Source of the DNA: an uncultured Acidobacteriota bacterium
GTDB lineage: Bacteria; Acidobacteriota; Terriglobia; Acidiferrales; UBA7541
Direction of reading: 5' to 3'
Assembly: GCA_963813045.1 (NCBI GenBank)
Contig: CAWEXR010000032.1
Coordinates: 21,994 to 85,993 of the forward strand
Length of the DNA stretch: 64,000 bases
The notes below the pieces were generated by a model, which was not told where the DNA came from, did not search any database, and saw only the letters and a list, made by a program, of their open reading frames with translations. Every line of letters begins with the position of its first letter. Position 1 is the stretch's first letter. This document shows positions 37,728 to 46,856 of the stretch, in pieces. A program made the position numbers and the translations under genes.

Positions 37728-37960
37728 CCTGTCACTTCCTTCTGTCCCGGATCACCGGGAACGCCATCAGATACGAGAGAATCTCTCGTGAAAACATCTC
37801 GAAGAGGAAAGAAGCGAGGCAAACGCGCCCCAGCGGGTCAGAAGACTAGCGGGCAAACCCGCTCGCGCATCGCGGTCCCAGGGACCCGCAGACCGGCAGA
37901 CAACTCTGGTTTGTGCGGTGAAGGGAGATGCGGCCGGAGCGGCCGCTCGAGAAATCCGCG
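37728..37960 (-). promoter_or_regulatory. structured rpsO-pnp intergenic leader (several hairpins, including a GC hairpin just after rpsO)
   Basis: One hairpin is GCGGCCG-gag-CGGCCGC at 37930-37946. Further hairpins are ACGAGAG-aat-CTCTCGT, GCGGG-caaa-CCCGC and CCCGG-atca-CCGGG. In E. coli this region is the RNase III/PNPase autoregulatory leader. Confidence 0.4.
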
Positions 37961-38221
37961 CTACTTACGCAAGCTGAGTCGTTCCACAATCTCGCGATAC
38001 CGATCCGGGTCGCGCCGATTCAGGTAATCCAGCAGCCGCCGGCGTTTGTTGACCATCATGATCAACCCGCGCCGCGAAGCATGATCTTTTGCGTGGGACT
38101 GGAGGTGGGTGGTGAGATAGTTGATGCGCTCGCTCAACAACGCAATCTGTACTTCCGGCGATCCGGTGTCTTTCGTATGCGTGCGGTACTGCTCGATGAC
38201 ACCGACTTTTGCGTCCATCAA
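37961..38221 (-). CDS. rpsO: 30S ribosomal protein S15
   Basis: The 86-aa ORF carries [42 protein letters not shown]. Confidence 0.95.
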   Translation of the reverse strand: MMDAKVGVIEQYRTHTKDTGSPEVQIALLSERINYLTTHLQSHAKDHASRRGLIMMVNKRRRLLDYLNRRDPDRYREIVERLSLRK

Positions 38222-38425
38222 CTCGCCCCTCCCGCTGAAACGTCGTGCCCTTGCTCTGCGCTCTTAAGCTCTTCTCAACGTCAAAATGCTAGCACACAGT
38301 CTGAGGGCACGCCACAAGGAATTTGTCGCGCCGCCGGACCACCGCGCTGCGGTTCGCGGCGTATGGAAATCTCGAGCCGAAGAACGCCAAAGGCTCAAAT
38401 CGCGGCGCGGTATACTGATTTCGTC

Positions 38426-39811
38426 ATGGCTTCCGGGACGATCGGCCGCGGAAGAAGAACGATCGCGACGGGCGCGTTCGCGTTCTGGACGGCGTTTTTC
38501 GCTTTGGCTGTCGCCGGCGCAGACGGACAAGCGGCGCAGGCCAAAGCTCCGACGACTGCCTATCCGCAGGAGATTAGCCGGGTCACATTCGCGATTGCCG
38601 GCGACGTGATTCCCCACGAAGCGGTGGTGCAATCTGCGATGGCCGCGGCTCAGCAATCCGCTGACAAGTCGCCGTCACAGAGCACAGCGGCCGACAATCA
38701 CGACGGCTGGGACGCGCTTTTCGCCGATGTCGCGGATGCGTTCCGCCAGGCCGATTTCGGCTTCGTCAATCTCGAAACGCCGGTGGCGCCCAAGCACTCC
38801 GTGGGTTCAAAACCGTTTCAGTTTGAGGCTCCGCTGGCGTTGCTCGACTCGCTGAAAGCGAATGGAGTGAAAATCGTCTCTTTCGCGAACAACCACGTCT
38901 TCGACCAAGGCTATCCGGGCTTCGACGAGACGCTCGAGCACCTGCGCGAGCACGGGCTGCTCTTCGTCGGCTCCGGGGCTACGGCGGACGCCGCGTGGCA
39001 GCCCGTGATCCTCGAAAAGAACGGTATTCGCGTCGGCTGGATTGGAATGACGCGCTGGCTCAACGGCCATCGAAATCCCGAAAAGGACAGCGAGCCCCAC
39101 GTCGCCTTCTTTCCGTATCCGGGTGAGTCAAACGGCGCGCCTGGCCGCGACGAGGCGGGCGTTCTCGAAGCCATCAAGGCGGCGCGCTCGCAGTGTGACC
39201 TTCTGCTCGTGTCAATCCATTGGGGCATCGAATATTCCCCCGCGCCGCGCCCCGAAGATGTCGACATGGCGCACAAGATGCTGGAGGCCGGTGCCAACGC
39301 CGTCATTGCGCATCATCCTCACGTGCTCCAGCCGATCGAGACCTACTTGACCCAGGATCACCGCAAGACCGTGATCTTCTATTCGCTGGGGAATTTTCTT
39401 TCGAACCAGTCCGCATCCTACGTGCAAGATTTGATGCCGGACAAGAACGGCGACCCGCGCGACGAGATCATCGCAAAATTCGCTGTCATCAAGAAGGATT
39501 ACGGCCCTGCGGGAATACGGTTCGAGTTGGGCGATGTCGGCGTGATGCCCATCTGGGAGGAGAACGACCGCCTCCAGGTCAGAAGTGGTCAGGCCAAGAC
39601 CCTCTTCATCCATCCCGTTTTCATCGATCGAGAAATCCCCTTGCTCCAGGCACGCCTGGAGCAGTTGAATCAGCTCGGCAATCAGCTATCGAAGGAACAA
39701 AAGCAGGAGTTCATCGAAGTCTCGAGCCAGCTCGAACTGCTGAAGCACCGCCGGGAGCTGATTCTCGGCCGCGTCGGCGACGACTACGTTGTGGGTCCTC
39801 CCAACCCATAA
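38426..39811 (+). CDS. CapA/PGA_cap-family metallophosphatase-fold protein, membrane-anchored or secreted
   Basis: Motifs are AIAGDVIPH, FGFVNLETP, VSFANNHVFDQG, SIHWGIEY and IAHHPHVLQP. I placed the start at MASGTIGRGRRTIATGAFAFWTAFFALAVAGA (38426); the Met at 38363 is an alternative. Confidence 0.75.
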   Translation: MASGTIGRGRRTIATGAFAFWTAFFALAVAGADGQAAQAKAPTTAYPQEISRVTFAIAGDVIPHEAVVQSAMAAAQQSADKSPSQSTAADNHDGWDALFADVADAFRQADFGFVNLETPVAPKHSVGSKPFQFEAPLALLDSLKANGVKIVSFANNHVFDQGYPGFDETLEHLREHGLLFVGSGATADAAWQPVILEKNGIRVGWIGMTRWLNGHRNPEKDSEPHVAFFPYPGESNGAPGRDEAGVLEAIKAARSQCDLLLVSIHWGIEYSPAPRPEDVDMAHKMLEAGANAVIAHHPHVLQPIETYLTQDHRKTVIFYSLGNFLSNQSASYVQDLMPDKNGDPRDEIIAKFAVIKKDYGPAGIRFELGDVGVMPIWEENDRLQVRSGQAKTLFIHPVFIDREIPLLQARLEQLNQLGNQLSKEQKQEFIEVSSQLELLKHRRELILGRVGDDYVVGPPNP

Positions 39812-39841
39812 CTTCAACGCAGGGTGGGATGCCCGCATGAC

Positions 39842-40474
39842 CTAAGACTTCCCGCCTTTTATCAGCGAGAGAAACTCGTCGCGGGTCTGCTTGTTTTCAC
39901 GGAAGACGCCCAGCATGGCGCTGGTCATCGCGGTCGAATGCTGCTTCTCGACGCCGCGCATCACCATACACAGATGCCGCGCCTCGACGATCACTCCCAC
40001 GCCTTGTGGGCTGAGGCTTTTCTCGATCGTCTCCGCGATCTGGCTGGTCAGCCGCTCCTGAATCTGCAAGCGCCGCGCGTACATGTTCACCAGCCTGGCG
40101 ATCTTGCTCAACCCGACCACTTTCTTGTTCGGGATGTAGGCCACGTGGCACTTGCCGAAGAACGGAAGCAAGTGGTGCTCGCACAGGCTGTAGACTTCGA
40201 TGTCTTTCACGACCACCATCTCGTCGTAGCAGACGCTGAACATCGCGCCGTTCAGAATCTTGTCCGGGTCCTGGCGGTATCCGCTGGTCAGATAACGGAG
40301 CGCCTTTTCAAAACGCTCGGGCGTGCGGCGCAATCCCTCGCGGTTCGGGTCCTCGCCGATCTGCGCGATCATCTGGCGCACGAGGTCGGCGATGGCGCCC
40401 GGTCCCGCGACCTCTGGAATTACGATCTCGGTCGCTTCTTTTAGCGCTGTCTTAGTCGCTGCTGTTTTCGTCAT
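39842..40474 (-). CDS. folE: GTP cyclohydrolase I
   Basis: The 210-aa ORF has [32 protein letters not shown] and QERLT motifs. Confidence 0.95.
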   Translation of the reverse strand: MTKTAATKTALKEATEIVIPEVAGPGAIADLVRQMIAQIGEDPNREGLRRTPERFEKALRYLTSGYRQDPDKILNGAMFSVCYDEMVVVKDIEVYSLCEHHLLPFFGKCHVAYIPNKKVVGLSKIARLVNMYARRLQIQERLTSQIAETIEKSLSPQGVGVIVEARHLCMVMRGVEKQHSTAMTSAMLGVFRENKQTRDEFLSLIKGGKS

Positions 40475-40510
40475 CGCGCACTCCGCTCGCTTCCGACCGC
40501 TCCTGCCGAC

Positions 40511-40927
40511 CTAGCCCGCAAACTCAAAACTGTTCTTGCTTGTTTCTTCGATCCGCACGCGTTCCAACCGGGCCGCCGGAAACGTTTTCAGTCGCCGGTA
40601 CACTTCCCGGCAGACGTTTTCGGTGGTCGGCACGCAGTCGCCGAATTCAGGAATCTCTTCGTTCAGATACTTGTGGTCGAGCACTTCGACGACTTCGCGC
40701 CCCACAAACGGATCGAGCTCGTTCAGATTCGCGACCATCCCCGTCTCGGGGTCGACCGGCCCGGTGAGCGTCACTTCAAGTACGTAATTGTGCCCGTGCC
40801 CGTAAGGGTTGCTGCACTTGCCGTAAAGGCGCTGGTTTTCCGCTTCGCTGAAATTCGGGCTGTGCAGCCGGTGCGAAGCCGAAAACCGGTACCGCCGCGT
40901 CAGCGAAAGCTTGAGTGGGCCGCTCAA
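40511..40927 (-). CDS. 6-pyruvoyl-tetrahydropterin synthase family (COG0720) paralog A, PTPS-II-like
   Basis: The 138-aa ORF has a TTG start. FSASHRLH, LYGKCSNPYGHGHNYVLEV, GMVANL, LDHKYLN and TTENV are near-collinear with metazoan PTPS as I remember it. Confidence 0.8.
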   Translation of the reverse strand: MSGPLKLSLTRRYRFSASHRLHSPNFSEAENQRLYGKCSNPYGHGHNYVLEVTLTGPVDPETGMVANLNELDPFVGREVVEVLDHKYLNEEIPEFGDCVPTTENVCREVYRRLKTFPAARLERVRIEETSKNSFEFAG

Positions 40928-41355
40928 GCGCGCCCTCCAGTTCCGTCCGATTCCGCCGTGCAGTCGGCGAACAAATCCGGCGACTCGTATAACCGCACCC
41001 GATCAAGCTTTCCCTGCGTGATTTTCGGCGCCAGCAGATTCCAGATCATGGCCGCGATGTTCTCGCACGTCGGAATCTTCCCGGCCAGCTCCGGAACCTC
41101 GCGATTGAGATGACGGTGGTCCATTCGATCCACAATCTCGCGTTGCAAGATACCCTTCAGCTCTTTCAGGTCGAGCACCATCCCCGTAGCGGGGTCCGGC
41201 TCGCCCGCGACCGTCACTTCGAGCACGTAGTTATGACCGTGTCCGTGCGGGTTGTTGCACTTGCCGAAGACGCGCCGGTTCTCCTCCGGCGAGAAATCGG
41301 GATTATGGTAATAGTGCGCTGCGGAGAACTCGACTTTGCGCGTGACTCGAATCAT
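40924..41355 (-). CDS. 6-pyruvoyl-tetrahydropterin synthase family (COG0720) paralog B, PTPS-II-like
   Basis: This is the last 143 codons of ORF 40924..42123, reading MIRVTRKVEFSAAHYYH..FGKCNNPHGHGHNYVLEV..GMVLDL..MDHRHLN..TCENI. Its ATG overlaps the GT2 stop (ATGA). Confidence 0.8.
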   Translation of the reverse strand: MIRVTRKVEFSAAHYYHNPDFSPEENRRVFGKCNNPHGHGHNYVLEVTVAGEPDPATGMVLDLKELKGILQREIVDRMDHRHLNREVPELAGKIPTCENIAAMIWNLLAPKITQGKLDRVRLYESPDLFADCTAESDGTGGRA

Positions 41356-42452
41356 GGCGTCTTCGCCGGGTACGCCCTTCCCTTCCACAGCACCGTCCCG
41401 CGCGTGTTCTTCCACCACGACGCGCCGAGCGCCGCCGTGTAGAGGCACACTCCCAGCATGTAGTATTGGACGAAGGAAATCGGGAAAAGATTCCGGTACA
41501 GCGCAACGCCATACCGTAGATGCGCCCCGCAGATCACCACCAACACAATCGACAGAGGAAGCCAGGGCGCCACGAAGCGTTCCGTGAAAGCAAACGCACT
41601 CAGCAAGATCAATGTCAGCACTTCGAAAAACGGAAACGCCTCCGCCAGTTCGATCAACACCGCCCGCGGAGTCCCACCCATCAGCGGGTAGAGGTTCTTG
41701 GTCCATCCCTGCCACATCGCCCCGAAGGACCGGTACATCCGTGTCCGCACGATCCCGATCGGCGCCGTGAAGTAGATGCCGTATCCTTGCCCCTTTACCA
41801 GACGCGCGAGCGCCACATCCTCCACGATCTCTCCGGCGACCGCTGCGTGGCCTCCCACAGCTTCGTAAGTGTCGCGGAGCAACAGCACGAACTGCCCGTT
41901 GGCGGCAGCGTCCGGTTGTCGGGGGTCGTTTACACGTGCAAACGAAAATCTCGCAGCGAGCCGGCAATAGACAAACGGGATCAGCGCGCGCTCGCTCAAC
42001 GTTTCCATCTCTTGTTCGGGGGAGTACGAAACAAGGACCGCATCGTGATCCACCGCGTCGGCAAGCGCCCGTCGCGCCCCGCCCATAGAGTGGAATGTGT
42101 CCGCATCGGTAAAGAACAGCCAATCGCCCGTTGCAGCCGCCGCGCCGACCGACAGCGCGTGGTTCTTGCCCACCCAGCCCCTGGGCAGTTCGCCCGCCGC
42201 AAGCACCCGGAGCTTCGGAATTCGCGCCGCGAGTTGTTCGAGGATTTCGCCGGTGCGGTCGGTCGACTGGTCGTCGACGACGATTACTTCCCCGATCTCC
42301 GGTTGCGCGGCCACCGACTCGACCGCACGGGCTATCGATACCTCCTCGTTTCGAGCGGGAATGATGGCGGAGATCAAGGTTCTTGTATTCCTATCCGCGC
42401 GGGCTGCTAAACTGCTCGCTGCCGGGTTGGGTACGGCCCTGTTGTCTTGCAT
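41352..42452 (-). CDS. GT2-family glycosyltransferase with a C-terminal TM domain (CrtQ/HpnI/ceramide-glucosyltransferase-like architecture)
   Basis: The 366-aa ORF has ISAIIPARNEE, VVDDQSTD, FTDADT and NGQFVLLLR..EDVALA motifs, followed by about 4 TM helices. Confidence 0.75.
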   Translation of the reverse strand: MQDNRAVPNPAASSLAARADRNTRTLISAIIPARNEEVSIARAVESVAAQPEIGEVIVVDDQSTDRTGEILEQLAARIPKLRVLAAGELPRGWVGKNHALSVGAAAATGDWLFFTDADTFHSMGGARRALADAVDHDAVLVSYSPEQEMETLSERALIPFVYCRLAARFSFARVNDPRQPDAAANGQFVLLLRDTYEAVGGHAAVAGEIVEDVALARLVKGQGYGIYFTAPIGIVRTRMYRSFGAMWQGWTKNLYPLMGGTPRAVLIELAEAFPFFEVLTLILLSAFAFTERFVAPWLPLSIVLVVICGAHLRYGVALYRNLFPISFVQYYMLGVCLYTAALGASWWKNTRGTVLWKGRAYPAKTP

Positions 42453-42477
42453 TCATTATAGGGCGCTTGGATGGGGA

Positions 42478-43005
42478 TTGAAACGGAAACTGAAAACAGG
42501 CCTGGTTCTCGCCTTTATTGCAGGGCTGATCGTTCTTTTCGCGCGCCCTGAATACCGCCAGGGCGAGCCCAGCTTGCGCGGCCGCTCGGCCAAGGACTTT
42601 CAGCTTACCTTGGACGGAAAACCAGCCGTCCTCTCCGATCTTCGCGGCAAAGTGGTCGTCCTGAATTTCTGGGCCACGTGGTGCCAACCCTGCGTTGACG
42701 AAGCCCCTTCACTAGTTGAGTTGCAGCAGCGGATCGCGCCTCTGGGCGGCGTGGTCCTCGGCATCAACGCGGGCGTAAACGACAGCCAATCCGCATACGA
42801 GAGCTTCCTGAAAACGTACAACATCGGCTTCCCAACTTACTTCGATTCATCACAGCAGATTGCGCGCTCCTACGGCACGACGATGTATCCCGAGACCTAC
42901 GTAATCGACCGCAAAGGCCGCATCGATCGCAAGATCATCGGTCCGCAGGATTGGACCGGCCCCACCCTGACGGCCTACTTCGATTCGCTTTTACAGGAGC
43001 ACTGA
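42478..43005 (+). CDS. TlpA/ResA-like thiol:disulfide oxidoreductase (redoxin), membrane-anchored
   Basis: The active site is VLNFWATWCQPCVDEAP. I placed the start tentatively at the TTG at 42478 (KRKLKTGLVLAFIAGLIVLFA anchor). The ATG at 42361 would overlap the divergent GT2 gene. Confidence 0.75.
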   Translation: MKRKLKTGLVLAFIAGLIVLFARPEYRQGEPSLRGRSAKDFQLTLDGKPAVLSDLRGKVVVLNFWATWCQPCVDEAPSLVELQQRIAPLGGVVLGINAGVNDSQSAYESFLKTYNIGFPTYFDSSQQIARSYGTTMYPETYVIDRKGRIDRKIIGPQDWTGPTLTAYFDSLLQEH

Positions 43006-43090
43006 CGACTTTCACGAGCCGCTTCGCCGAGCCTTAAACTCGACCACCGAATAATCTCGGTGTAGAATCCGGCGCGACGGGAGGGCTGCC

Positions 43091-43726
43091 ATGGTGGACT
43101 TCGCACTCGTTCCTGATCGTACGGCCTTGTTGAACGTCGACCTCCAGAACTGTTTCGTGGAGGACTCTCCTCTTGCCGCCCCGGACGGTCCTGAAGTCCT
43201 CAAGCGCGTGAATCGTCTCGCCGCGGCGTGCCGGAAGGCGGGAATTCTCGTGATCCATGCCAGCGTGGTGCTCCGGCCGGACCATTCAAATCTCGGCGTT
43301 CTCGCGGAGTTCAGTCCGCTCGTGCACGACGGCATTCTCGACAAAGGATCGCGATCGGCGGCGCTGCACCCGGACCTGGTGGTCGATCCTCGCGACATTC
43401 TTCTCGATGAGCCGCGCTTCGGCGCGTTCCATGGCACGGATCTGGAATTGATCCTTCGCAAACGCGGTATCGACACAATCATCATCAGCGGCGTCGCCAC
43501 GAATGTCTGCTGCGAGACGAGCGCTCGCGAAGCAGCCGTCCGCGATTTTCGCGTAATCTTCCTGAGCGATGGAACCGCAACCGCCGATATGGGAGGCGCG
43601 ACTGCCGCGGAATTGCAAAAAGCCACCTGCGCTACACTTGGCTTCCTTTTCGCACAGGTGCTTACCGTCGACGCAACGATCCGCAAAGTTGAAGGCGTCG
43701 CGCGGACCGCTGCCGTGCGATCCTGA
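43091..43726 (+). CDS. isochorismatase-family cysteine hydrolase
   Basis: The 211-aa ORF has ALLNVDLQNCF (Asp), the pattern around RFGAFHGTDLE, and ISGVATNVCCETSAREA (catalytic Cys). Confidence 0.85.
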   Translation: MVDFALVPDRTALLNVDLQNCFVEDSPLAAPDGPEVLKRVNRLAAACRKAGILVIHASVVLRPDHSNLGVLAEFSPLVHDGILDKGSRSAALHPDLVVDPRDILLDEPRFGAFHGTDLELILRKRGIDTIIISGVATNVCCETSAREAAVRDFRVIFLSDGTATADMGGATAAELQKATCATLGFLFAQVLTVDATIRKVEGVARTAAVRS

Positions 43727-43850
43727 GACAACAAAGATCGCCTGCCCATTCGTATCGCACCGCCTCACTCGTAAGGCTCCCTCGCAGCAAACTCAATCCG
43801 GCAAAGGCGCAAGCAAGATATGATGACTTGAGTTGAGGAAACTCGAAGGG

Positions 43851-46187
43851 ATGGAACGAGACCCAGTCTGCGGGATGGCGGTTGACCCGGCTCAAGCAAA
43901 GGCCACGGCGGACCATGCCGGAAAGACCTACTATTTCTGCAGCACAGGTTGCGCCGACAAATTCCGCGCCGCGCCTGAGAAGTATCTGAGCCCGAAGCCC
44001 CCTGCTCCCGGCCAGATGGTTGAGCTCGGAAGCCAGGGACCCGCCCAGGGGCCCGCCACAATTGCGACCATGTACACCTGCCCGATGCATCCCGAAATCC
44101 GCCAGGACCACCCGGGCGCATGCCCGATTTGCGGAATGGCTCTGGAGCCCCTGACCGCCACGGCGGAAGGAGATGAGAAGAACCCCGAGCTGATCGACAT
44201 GACCCGTCGATTCTGGGTCGGCGTGGCCCTGACGATTCCTGTGCTCCTCGTGGCCATGGGCGAGTTCGTTCCGTTTCTTTCGTCGCTGCTGAGCCAGATT
44301 TCGCCCAGGGCCCGGCAATGGTTCGAGTTGTTCCTCGCTACCCCGGTCGTGTTGTGGGGCGGCTGGCCATTCTTTGTTCGCGGCTGGCGGTCGATCGTCA
44401 ACCGAAACCTGAACATGTTCACGCTGATCGCACTCGGTGTGGGAGTCGCCTATCTCTACAGCGTTGTCGCCGCCCTGTTCCCCAACGCGTTCCCCGACTC
44501 CTTCCGTGGCCCAGGAGGCGAGGTCGCGGTCTATTTCGAGGCCGCCGCCGCGATCATAACGCTGGTGCTTCTCGGGCAGGTTCTGGAGCTGAGGGCGAGA
44601 AGTCAAACGGGCGCGGCCATCAAGGCGCTCTTGGGGCTTGCTCCGAAGACAGCCCGCTTGATTCGCGCTGACGGAACCGAGATCGACGTTCCGCTCGACA
44701 TCGTCAATCCCGGCGATCGTTTGCGCGTTCGTCCCGGCGAAAAAATCCCGGTCGACGGCGTGGTGCTCGATGGGTCGAGCAGCGTTGACGAATCCATGAT
44801 CTCGGGCGAACCAATCCTCGTCGAAAAACAGCCGGGTGCTCGCGTCACCGGAGCGACCGTGAATGGCACCGGGGCATTCGTGATGCGCGCGGAACGCGTG
44901 GGCGCCGAAACGCTGCTGGCGCAGATTGTGCGGATGGTGAGCGAGGCGCAGCGCAGCCGCGCGCCGATTCAGAAGCTGGCCGACGTGGTCGCGGGCTATT
45001 TCGTACCGATCGTCGTGGGTGCTGCGGCTCTCACTTTCGTCGTCTGGGCCATCTGGGGGCCAAACCCTCGCATGGCTCATGCCCTGATCAACGCCGTCGC
45101 CGTCCTCATCATCGCGTGCCCCTGCGCGCTGGGTCTTGCTACGCCAATGTCGATCATGGTGGCAACCGGCAAGGGCGCCGCGATGGGCGTGCTCTTCAAG
45201 AATGCCGAAGCCATCGAGCAGATGCGCAAAGTGGATACGCTGGTCGTGGACAAGACCGGAACCCTCACGGAAGGAAAGCCCAAGCTCGTCTCGGTCGAAC
45301 CCGCGCCGGGGTTCGACGAAGCCAAAATCCTTCATTTCGCGGCGAGCCTCGAACGAGGAAGCGAGCATCCGCTGGCCGCGGCGATCGTGGCAGGCGCCGA
45401 GGCGCGAGGAATCGCGCTCGCTCCTGCCGAGTCGTTTCAGTCGCTCACTGGCCGAGGCGTCCGCGCCCGCGTTGACGGTCACGAAGTGGCCCTGGGCAAT
45501 CGCAAGCTTCTCGACGATTTGAAAGTCGATCCTGGCAAGTTTGCCGAGAGGGCGGAGGTGATGCGTGCGGACGGTCAGACGGTGATGTTCATCGTTGTTG
45601 ATGGAAGCGCGGCCGGCCTCATCGTCGTCGCCGATCCCATCAAGCAGACCACGCCGGAAGCCATACGCCAGCTTCGCGAAGATGGTATCCGCGTCGTGAT
45701 GCTGACCGGCGACAGCCGCACCACTGCGCAGGCCGTCGCGAAGAAACTCGGACTTGACGACGTGATCGCCGAAGTCCTGCCTGAAGACAAAGCCGGCATG
45801 GTGAAAAAGCTCCAATCCGAAGGCCGCTTCGTCGCCATGGCGGGCGACGGCATCAACGATGCGCCCGCCCTCGCACAAGCTCAGGTGGGAATCGCGATGG
45901 GCACGGGCACGGACGTTGCGATGGAAAGCGCCGGCGTAACGCTGGTGAAGGGCGATCTTCGCGGCATCGTGCGGGCGCGCGCGCTCAGCAGGGCGACGAT
46001 GCGAAACATCCGGCAGAACCTGTTCTTCGCCTTCGTGTACAACTCCGTCGGCGTGCCGGTCGCGGCGGGCGTTCTCTACCCCGCCTTCGGCTTGCTCCTC
46101 AACCCCATGATTGCCGCGGCGGCGATGAGCTTCAGCTCGGTTTCTGTTATCGGCAATGCGCTCCGGCTGCGGCGTCTCAAGCTATAA
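43851..46187 (+). CDS. copA: copper-translocating P1B-type ATPase with N-terminal TRASH/YHS and Cys-rich zinc-ribbon-like metal-binding domains
   Basis: Motifs are [51 protein letters not shown] ([12 protein letters not shown]), [17 protein letters not shown] (FVYNS) and MSFSS. The start is the ATG at 43851 or the alternative start at 43833. Confidence 0.9.
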   Translation: MERDPVCGMAVDPAQAKATADHAGKTYYFCSTGCADKFRAAPEKYLSPKPPAPGQMVELGSQGPAQGPATIATMYTCPMHPEIRQDHPGACPICGMALEPLTATAEGDEKNPELIDMTRRFWVGVALTIPVLLVAMGEFVPFLSSLLSQISPRARQWFELFLATPVVLWGGWPFFVRGWRSIVNRNLNMFTLIALGVGVAYLYSVVAALFPNAFPDSFRGPGGEVAVYFEAAAAIITLVLLGQVLELRARSQTGAAIKALLGLAPKTARLIRADGTEIDVPLDIVNPGDRLRVRPGEKIPVDGVVLDGSSSVDESMISGEPILVEKQPGARVTGATVNGTGAFVMRAERVGAETLLAQIVRMVSEAQRSRAPIQKLADVVAGYFVPIVVGAAALTFVVWAIWGPNPRMAHALINAVAVLIIACPCALGLATPMSIMVATGKGAAMGVLFKNAEAIEQMRKVDTLVVDKTGTLTEGKPKLVSVEPAPGFDEAKILHFAASLERGSEHPLAAAIVAGAEARGIALAPAESFQSLTGRGVRARVDGHEVALGNRKLLDDLKVDPGKFAERAEVMRADGQTVMFIVVDGSAAGLIVVADPIKQTTPEAIRQLREDGIRVVMLTGDSRTTAQAVAKKLGLDDVIAEVLPEDKAGMVKKLQSEGRFVAMAGDGINDAPALAQAQVGIAMGTGTDVAMESAGVTLVKGDLRGIVRARALSRATMRNIRQNLFFAFVYNSVGVPVAAGVLYPAFGLLLNPMIAAAAMSFSSVSVIGNALRLRRLKL

Positions 46188-46242
46188 CCATCCCGCGCGC
46201 GCCGGCGCTGTGTCTGCGCCAGCCGATGCTATACTTCTCGAC

Positions 46243-46464
46243 ATGACATTCATGACGGTGACCTACGAGTTGCAGGGCCGGCTCAAGCCGGAGCAGTTCC
46301 GCGCGCTCGGCCAGTTCGCGAACACCTACGGGCTTCAGAAATTTCGCTTCGACGAAAAGACCAACCACCTCCACTTCGACTACGATGCTTCTCGGTTGAA
46401 GGAGATAGTGGTCGAGCACGTCTTGCGCGAGGCGAGGATTCCGGTCCTGCGGCGCGTGGCGTAA
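46243..46464 (+). CDS. small hypothetical protein (73 aa), possibly a Cys-less ferredoxin/HMA-like fold
   Basis: The sequence is MTFMTVTYELQGRLKPEQFRALGQFANTYGLQKFRFDEKTNHLHFDYDASRLKEIVVEHVLREARIPV. The pattern of hydrophobic residues suggests a beta-alpha-beta-beta-alpha-beta fold. It sits 55 nt after copA. Confidence 0.45.
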   Translation: MTFMTVTYELQGRLKPEQFRALGQFANTYGLQKFRFDEKTNHLHFDYDASRLKEIVVEHVLREARIPVLRRVA

Positions 46465-46517
46465 GCCTGATTCTGAAATTGCAGCCTTGATCTGAATCGC
46501 AGTGAAAGGAGCTCTGC

Positions 46518-46847
46518 TTGCCGCTGTACGAATACAAGTGCGTCAAGTGCGGTCACCTCTTCGAAAAGATCGAAAGCCATTCGGCTTCGACGACGAAGAA
46601 GTGTCCCAAGTGCGGCGCCAAGGCCCCGCGCCAGTTCGCGGCGCCCGCGATTCAATTCAAAGGCTCCGGCTGGTATGTAACCGATTACGCGAAAGGCGGC
46701 GGGACTAAGACCGAAAGCTCCGGCGACGCCGCGCCACCGAAGACCGGGGAGACGTCCGACTCAAAGCCGGCCGAATCGAAGCCGGCCGAATCCAAACCGG
46801 CGGCTTCCGACAACTCCAATAAGGCCTCGTCGAAAAGGAAGAAGTAG
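46518..46847 (+). CDS. FmdB-family zinc-ribbon protein with a low-complexity tail
   Basis: It has a TTG start after aaaggag. The sequence MPLYEYKCVKCGHLFE..KKCPKCGA..GSGWY is the CxxC_CxxC_SSSS signature. Confidence 0.85.
   Translation: MPLYEYKCVKCGHLFEKIESHSASTTKKCPKCGAKAPRQFAAPAIQFKGSGWYVTDYAKGGGTKTESSGDAAPPKTGETSDSKPAESKPAESKPAASDNSNKASSKRKK
46761..46805 (+). repeat. three tandem 15-nt coding repeats (SKPAE x3) in the FmdB-family tail
   Basis: The protein reads SKPAESKPAESKPAA. The DNA has aagccggccgaatc repeated. Confidence 0.7.
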
Positions 46848-46856
46848 CGCTGGATC

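Noticed and set aside
40511-41355. Annotating the two COG0720 genes simply as queD.
   Set aside because: The C-x5-HGH spacing and overall collinearity look like PTPS-II rather than QueD as I remember those sequences. No other queuosine genes are present in the window. The subfamily call needs a proper HMM or phylogeny.
43800-43850. An imperfect inverted repeat CTTGAGTT-gagga-AACTCGAAG at the copA start, considered as a MerR/CueR-type operator.
   Set aside because: It needs a 1-nt bulge. It overlaps the likely start codon rather than a 19-20-nt-spaced promoter. No MerR-family gene is nearby.
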